Source: Kineococcus radiotolerans SRS30216 = ATCC BAA-149
GTDB lineage: Bacteria > Actinomycetota > Actinomycetes > Actinomycetales > Kineococcaceae
Assembly (NCBI RefSeq): GCF_000017305.1
Contig: NC_009664.2
Span: 990,001-1,022,000, forward strand
DNA length: 32,000 bases
Reading direction: 5' to 3'
The notes under the pieces were generated by a model that was given only the letters and a program-made list of their open reading frames with translations, did not search any database and had not been told where the DNA came from. Below, piece after piece: positions 24,152 through 32,000 of this stretch. Positions within the stretch are counted from its first letter, which is position 1. Each line of letters starts with the position of its first letter. The position numbers and the translations under genes are program-made.

Positions 24152-25338
24152 CCCCTCCCCCGCAGGAGCCGCAGGTCGGGACGGGCCTGACCGGCCCGAT
24201 CCCCATCACCGGCGCGGCGCACGACGCCCGCGCCGGGGCGGCCCGCACGGCGACCCGCCGCCCGTGGCCGGACGTGCGGCCGCTGGACCCGGTGCACTCG
24301 CTGAAGACGAAGCTGGCCCTGCTCGTGGGGGCCTCGGTCACCGTCGCGGCGCTGCTGGTCTGGGGCGGCCTGCGGCTGGCGGAGATCCACATCGGCCCCC
24401 GCTACACGCTGCCGGTCGCGATCGTCATCACCCTCGTCTTCACCCAGCTGCTGGCCCGGGGCATGACCTCGCCGCTGCGGGACATGACGGCCGCGGCCCG
24501 CGCGATGGCCGGCGGCGACTACTCCCGGCGGGTGCGCTCGACCTCCAACGACGAGGTCGGGGAGCTGGCCGACGCCTTCAACCGGATGGCCGAGGACCTG
24601 GAGGCCGTGGACCGCGAGCGCCGGGAGCTGGTGGCGAACGTGAGCCACGAGCTGCGCACGCCGGTCTCGGCGCTGCACGCGGTGATGGAGAACCTCGTCG
24701 ACGGCGTCTCGGAGCCCGACCACGAGACCCTGGCGACGGCGCTGGCGCAGACGGAGCGGCTGGGCCGGCTCGTGGAGCAGCTGCTGGACCTCTCGCGCCT
24801 GGACGCGGGGGCGGTGGCGCTGGACCGCGAGGAGCTGGCCCTGGAGCCGTTCCTGGCCCAGGCGACGCGGGCGATGTCGATGACGGGGCGCGACGTGCGG
24901 TTCGTCCTGGACGTGGACCCGCCGGGGCTGAGCGTGGACGTGGACTCCGCGCGGTTGCACCAGGTGGTGGCGAACCTGCTGGACAACGCCTCGCGGCACT
25001 CCCCGCCGGGGGGCGAGGTGTTCGTCTCCGCGCACGCGGTGGGCCAGGTGGTGCGGATCAGCGTGCGGGACCAGGGGCCGGGGATCCCCGACGCCGACCG
25101 GGAGCGGGTGTTCGAGCGCTTCCAGCGCGGCAGCGCCCGCACCGACGGCGGGACGGGCCTGGGGCTGGCCATCGCCCGCTGGGCGGTGCAGCTGCACGGC
25201 GGCACGATCCGGGTGGCCCCGACACCGGAGGAGGGGGGCTGCCGCATCGACGTCCACCTGCCCAGGGTGACGGAGGGAGCACCCGGTGTGACGAAGACCT
25301 CAGCGGGCGAGGGCGCCCGACACGACCTCCGGGGCTGA
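24148..25338 (+). CDS. sensor histidine kinase (2 TM, HAMP, HisKA, HATPase_c)
   Basis: In frame with track ORF 21757..25338. GTG 24148 overlaps the regulator TGA (GTGA); GTG 24274 is an alternative. H-box SHELRTP, N-box LLDNASRHS, DQGPGIP, GTGLGLAIA. Confidence 0.9.
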   Translation: MTPPPQEPQVGTGLTGPIPITGAAHDARAGAARTATRRPWPDVRPLDPVHSLKTKLALLVGASVTVAALLVWGGLRLAEIHIGPRYTLPVAIVITLVFTQLLARGMTSPLRDMTAAARAMAGGDYSRRVRSTSNDEVGELADAFNRMAEDLEAVDRERRELVANVSHELRTPVSALHAVMENLVDGVSEPDHETLATALAQTERLGRLVEQLLDLSRLDAGAVALDREELALEPFLAQATRAMSMTGRDVRFVLDVDPPGLSVDVDSARLHQVVANLLDNASRHSPPGGEVFVSAHAVGQVVRISVRDQGPGIPDADRERVFERFQRGSARTDGGTGLGLAIARWAVQLHGGTIRVAPTPEEGGCRIDVHLPRVTEGAPGVTKTSAGEGARHDLRG

Positions 25339-25369
25339 GGGCGGGCGGCAGGCGCATACCACACGGGGA

Positions 25370-25375
25370 TAGGGT
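25370..25375 (+). promoter_or_regulatory. -10-like hexamer TAGGGT, about 58 nt upstream of the kgd GTG (leadered; SD GAGGAAGAAGG present)
   Basis: The only TANNNT in the 95-nt HK-kgd gap. No clear -35. Confidence 0.25.
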
Positions 25376-25433
25376 GGACCCGCGCCCGTTGACCGACGTC
25401 ATGTGACAACACGAGGAAGAAGGCGACACCGCC

Positions 25434-29297
<3,864 letters not shown>

Positions 29298-29303
29298 CGC
29301 GCG

Positions 29304-29351
29304 CGGACCCCGCCCCGGACCCCGTCACCCGCTCCCGGGTGGCGGGGTCCG
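29304..29351 (+). terminator. stem-loop 7 nt after the kgd stop
   Basis: CGGACCCCGCC (29304-29314) pairs perfectly with GGCGGGGTCCG (29341-29351). Inner 5-bp helix ACCCG/CGGGT. The 5' arm core CGGACCCCG is duplicated at 29316-29324. Confidence 0.5.
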
Positions 29352-29447
29352 TGCTCGGTCACGCCCGGCGCCGGGCAGCGACTATCCTCACCCTGCCCGC
29401 CCGAGACCCCGATCGAGGAGCACCACCCGCGTGAGCGAGGACCAGCA

Positions 29448-30050
29448 GTGAACGGCCGCTACGACGTGCGGGTGTGCCTCGTGGGCGACGAGTTCGTCAC
29501 CGGCGTCGGCGACCCGCGCGCGCTGGGCTGGGTGGGGCGCGTCTCGGCCCGCACCCCCCGCGACGACCGCGACATCACCCTCTTCCCCCTCGGCGTGCCG
29601 GGGGAGACGACCACCGACCTCAACGGCCGCTGGCGCGAGGAGACCTCCCGCCGCTTCGTCGGCGGCGACGAGCACCGCCTCGTCGTCGGTCTCGGCCACG
29701 CCGACCTCGACGCCGGGACGACCCTGGCCCGCAGCCGCCTCAACCTCGCCAACGTCCTCGACGAGTGCGAGGCCCGCGGGCTGCCGACCCTCGTGGTGGG
29801 CCCCACCCCGGTCTCCGACGCCGAGCGCAACGAGCGCATCGGCGACCTCGCCGACGCCTTCGCCGACGTCTGCGCCCGCCGCCGGATCGCCTACGTCGAC
29901 ACCTTCTCCCCCCTGGCCGAGCACGAGGACTGGTACGCCGACCTCGCCGCCTCCGACGGGATCCACCCCGGGCAGGCCGGCTACGGGCTGCTGGCCTGGC
30001 TGGTGCTGCACAGCGGCTGGTACGACTGGCTGGGCGTCCCTCAGCCCTGA
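29448..30050 (+). CDS. SGNH/GDSL-hydrolase-fold protein with non-canonical catalytic blocks
   Basis: 200 aa. Block I reads LVGDEFVTG (GDS to GDE; Glu codon at 29490-29492), block III reads GLGHAD (GxND to GHAD), block V DGIHPG is retained. GTG start with GAGCGAGGA SD. Confidence 0.72.
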   Translation: MNGRYDVRVCLVGDEFVTGVGDPRALGWVGRVSARTPRDDRDITLFPLGVPGETTTDLNGRWREETSRRFVGGDEHRLVVGLGHADLDAGTTLARSRLNLANVLDECEARGLPTLVVGPTPVSDAERNERIGDLADAFADVCARRRIAYVDTFSPLAEHEDWYADLAASDGIHPGQAGYGLLAWLVLHSGWYDWLGVPQP

Positions 30051-30066
30051 CCGCGCTCCCGCCCGC

Positions 30067-30801
30067 CTAGAGGACGTGGCGCCAGTACCGTCCCGGCGCG
30101 TCGAGGAAGAAGCGCCAGTCGCGCACCAGGGCCAGGTCCTCCCACGCCACCGGGGTGATGCCCTGCTCGTCGACCTGCAGCACGCGGGCGCCGGGCAGGG
30201 CCGTCAGCACCGGTGAGTGCGTCGCGCACAGCACCTGCCGGCCCTCCCGCGCCATCGCCGCGAACGTCGCCCCCAGGGCCAGCGAGTTGCGGAACGACAG
30301 CGCCGACTCCGGCTCGTCGAGCAGCAGCAGCCCGACCGAGCGCATCCACGAGGCCCCCACGACGTCGAGGAACGACTCGCCGTGGCTCATCCGGTGCAGG
30401 TCGGAGTGCGACGGCGACCCGGCGGCGTGCAGGTAGCTGTAGAAGTCGTGCATCGTCTCCGCCCGCAGGAAGAAGACGTCGCGAGCGCGGGCGACCCCGC
30501 GCACGGCCTGCAGCCGCTCCCCCAGGCCCGAGGCGTCCACGGGGTCCCCGTCGCGGCCGGGCCCGCGGTGGCGGCGCGACCCGCCCCCGGCGGGCACGCC
30601 GAGGGCCTCGGCGATCCCCTCGACGATCGTGGACTTCCCGGCGCCGTTCTCCCCCACGAGGAAGGTGACGCCCGGTGGCACGTCGAGGCCCTCGGTGAGC
30701 AGCTGCGTCACCGCGGGTACGGAGTCCGGCCACGTCGCGGGGTCGACGACGGCGTCCGGGTGACGGTGGACGCGGCGCAGGAGCCGGGAGGGGTCGGTCA
30801 T
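30067..30801 (-). CDS. ABC-type AAA ATPase, COG3910-like (stand-alone, about 244 aa)
   Basis: Track ORF 30067..31014 trimmed to ATG 30801 (MTDPSRLL...), since the extension would overlap the PhoD-like gene. Walker A GENGAGKST, SHGESF, Walker B LLLLDEPESALS, H-loop CATHSP. Confidence 0.8.
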   Translation of the reverse strand: MTDPSRLLRRVHRHPDAVVDPATWPDSVPAVTQLLTEGLDVPPGVTFLVGENGAGKSTIVEGIAEALGVPAGGGSRRHRGPGRDGDPVDASGLGERLQAVRGVARARDVFFLRAETMHDFYSYLHAAGSPSHSDLHRMSHGESFLDVVGASWMRSVGLLLLDEPESALSFRNSLALGATFAAMAREGRQVLCATHSPVLTALPGARVLQVDEQGITPVAWEDLALVRDWRFFLDAPGRYWRHVL

Positions 30802-30805
30802 GGTC

Positions 30806-30813
30806 CAACATTG
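30806..30813. promoter_or_regulatory. overlapping divergent -10-like hexamers (CAACAT on +, CAATGT on -), each 6 nt from its ATG
   Basis: The entire intergenic region is 16 bp (ggtccaacattgccgg). It contains the only A/T-rich core. Confidence 0.3.
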
Positions 30814-30817
30814 CCGG

Positions 30818-32000
30818 ATGCCCTCCCTCCTCCTCGGTCCCCTCCTGCGCCACGTCGACGCCACCCGGGCGACCGTCTGGGTCGAGGTCGACGAGCCGGG
30901 GACGGTGCGGGTGGAGGTGACCCTGCCCGACGGGTCCACCGCCACCGGCCGCGACGAGACGCTGACCCTGCACGGGCACCACTTCGCCCTCGTCGTCGTC
31001 GACGGCCTGCCCACCGGGGAGCGGCTGCCCTACGGGGTGCACTGGGAGGCGCGGGGCGGCGCGCAGGCGGACGGGGTGCGGCTGTGGCCGCCGCGGGAGT
31101 GGTCGTGGCCGGCCAGCGAGATCCGCACCCCCCGCGCCGGGGAGCCGCTGCGCCTGGCCTTCGGCTCCTGCCGGCGCGCCGGCGACGACGGCGAGGAGGC
31201 CACCCGGCGGGTCGGCGTGGACGCCCTCAGCGCGCTGGCGCACCGGATGGTCGAGGAACCCGTCGAGGGCCGCTGGCCGGACCTCATGCTCTTCGTCGGG
31301 GACCAGGTCTACGCCGACGACCCCAACCCCGGCATCGTCGAGCGGCTGCGCGAGCGCCACGCCGGCCGCGCCGACGACGCGGACGACGTGCGCGACGAGA
31401 TCGGCGACTTCGAGGAGTACACCTGGCTCTACCACGAGACGTGGGGCCACGACGCGGTCCGCTGGCTGCTGTCGACGACGCCGACGTGCATGCTGCTCGA
31501 CGACCACGACCTGCGCGACGACTGGAACACCTCCGACGTGTGGCGCGAGCAGGTCAGCGCCCTGCCGTGGTGGCGCGAGCGCGTCACCGGCGCCTTCGCC
31601 AGCTACTGGATCTACCAGCACCTGGGCAACCTCTCCCCCGACCAGCTCGCCGGCGACGACCTGCTGAACCGGTTGCGCGGGATCGAGGACGACGCCGAGC
31701 GCGACCGGGAGCTCGACGAGTTCGCCCGCGCCGCCGACGCGGACGCCAGGACGGCGCGCTGGAGCTTCTCCCGCGACCTGGGCACGACGCGGCTGGTGGC
31801 GATCGACTCCCGCTGCGCGCGCCGCCTGGACCCCGCCGACCGCCACATCACCGGCGAGGACGAGTGGGCCTGGGTGCGGTCCCTGGCCCTGGGCGAGGAC
31901 CGGGAGGAACCGGCCCGCCACCTGCTGCTGGCCACGACGCTGCCCGCGTTCCTGCTGCACGGCATCCACCACGCCGAGACCTTCGACGAGGCGCTGGCCA
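30818..32000 (+). CDS. PhoD-like (alkaline phosphatase D family) metallophosphatase, N-terminal 394 codons (runs off the right edge)
   Basis: Hand translation from ATG 30818 is stop-free to the window end: MPSLLLGPLLRHVDATRATVWVEVDEPG...GSCRRAG...FVGDQVYADD...LLDDHDLRDDWN... High GC3. Not in the ORF track because it is edge-truncated. Confidence 0.85.
   Translation, partial: MPSLLLGPLLRHVDATRATVWVEVDEPGTVRVEVTLPDGSTATGRDETLTLHGHHFALVVVDGLPTGERLPYGVHWEARGGAQADGVRLWPPREWSWPASEIRTPRAGEPLRLAFGSCRRAGDDGEEATRRVGVDALSALAHRMVEEPVEGRWPDLMLFVGDQVYADDPNPGIVERLRERHAGRADDADDVRDEIGDFEEYTWLYHETWGHDAVRWLLSTTPTCMLLDDHDLRDDWNTSDVWREQVSALPWWRERVTGAFASYWIYQHLGNLSPDQLAGDDLLNRLRGIEDDAERDRELDEFARAADADARTARWSFSRDLGTTRLVAIDSRCARRLDPADRHITGEDEWAWVRSLALGEDREEPARHLLLATTLPAFLLHGIHHAETFDEALA

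Noticed and set aside
25389-25410. TTGACC hexamer and GTCAtgTGAC mini-palindrome upstream of kgd, considered as a -35 element or CRP/GlxR-type site.
   Set aside because: No TANNNT lies at 16-19 bp spacing from TTGACC. The palindrome arms are only 4 bp and do not fit the TGTGA-N6-TCACA consensus.
30802-31014. 71-aa N-terminal extension of the COG3910-type ATPase ORF (track start 31014). Analogous extensions are 15082-15666 for nadK and 17484-17609 for the S/T-rich membrane protein.
   Set aside because: The extensions overlap well-supported genes on the other or the same strand and are low-complexity. Internal ATGs give N-termini consistent with the respective families.

Overview
High-GC (by eye roughly 73-76%) actinobacterial chromosomal core, very gene-dense: 29 protein-coding genes (2 truncated by the window edges) plus one tRNA, with most intergenic gaps under 120 bp. 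Left to right: hom (partial)-lysA-argS operon on the minus strand, diverging from tRNA-Arg(CCG); DUF1345-like membrane protein; SprT-like Zn-metalloprotease; glutathione peroxidase; FAD oxidoreductase; Gpt-like phosphoribosyltransferase; HrpB helicase translationally coupled to an upstream 3-TM HExxH membrane protein, preceded by a DEAD-box helicase; a FecCD/FecCD/ATPase siderophore-type ABC importer behind an IdeR/DtxR-like iron box, with no binding-protein gene; an NAD kinase; an S/T-rich membrane protein; a PRC-barrel protein; two overlapping CNNM/CBS transporters; a 94-aa orphan ORF; an alpha/beta-hydrolase-fold protein lacking its nucleophile Ser; GuaB1; an OmpR/histidine-kinase pair; the fused E2-E1 2-oxoglutarate enzyme Kgd; an SGNH-like protein lacking its Ser; and a COG3910-type ATPase back-to-back (16 bp) with a signal-less PhoD-like phosphatase (partial). 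I see no rRNA, CRISPR array, transposase, integrase or prophage signature. I do not see a convincing novel multi-gene system, and most of the window is conserved housekeeping. The points most worth a second look are: (1) a recurrent -10 hexamer 6-8 nt upstream of start codons, implying many leaderless genes; (2) the HExxH membrane protein coupled to hrpB; (3) the ATPase/PhoD-like divergent pair; (4) two hydrolase-fold proteins with substituted catalytic residues; (5) the iron box overlapping a leaderless ABC permease start. The many very long extra ORFs in the track are codon-aligned antisense mirror frames, a high-GC3 artefact. Start codons are inferred from context and are the least certain coordinates.
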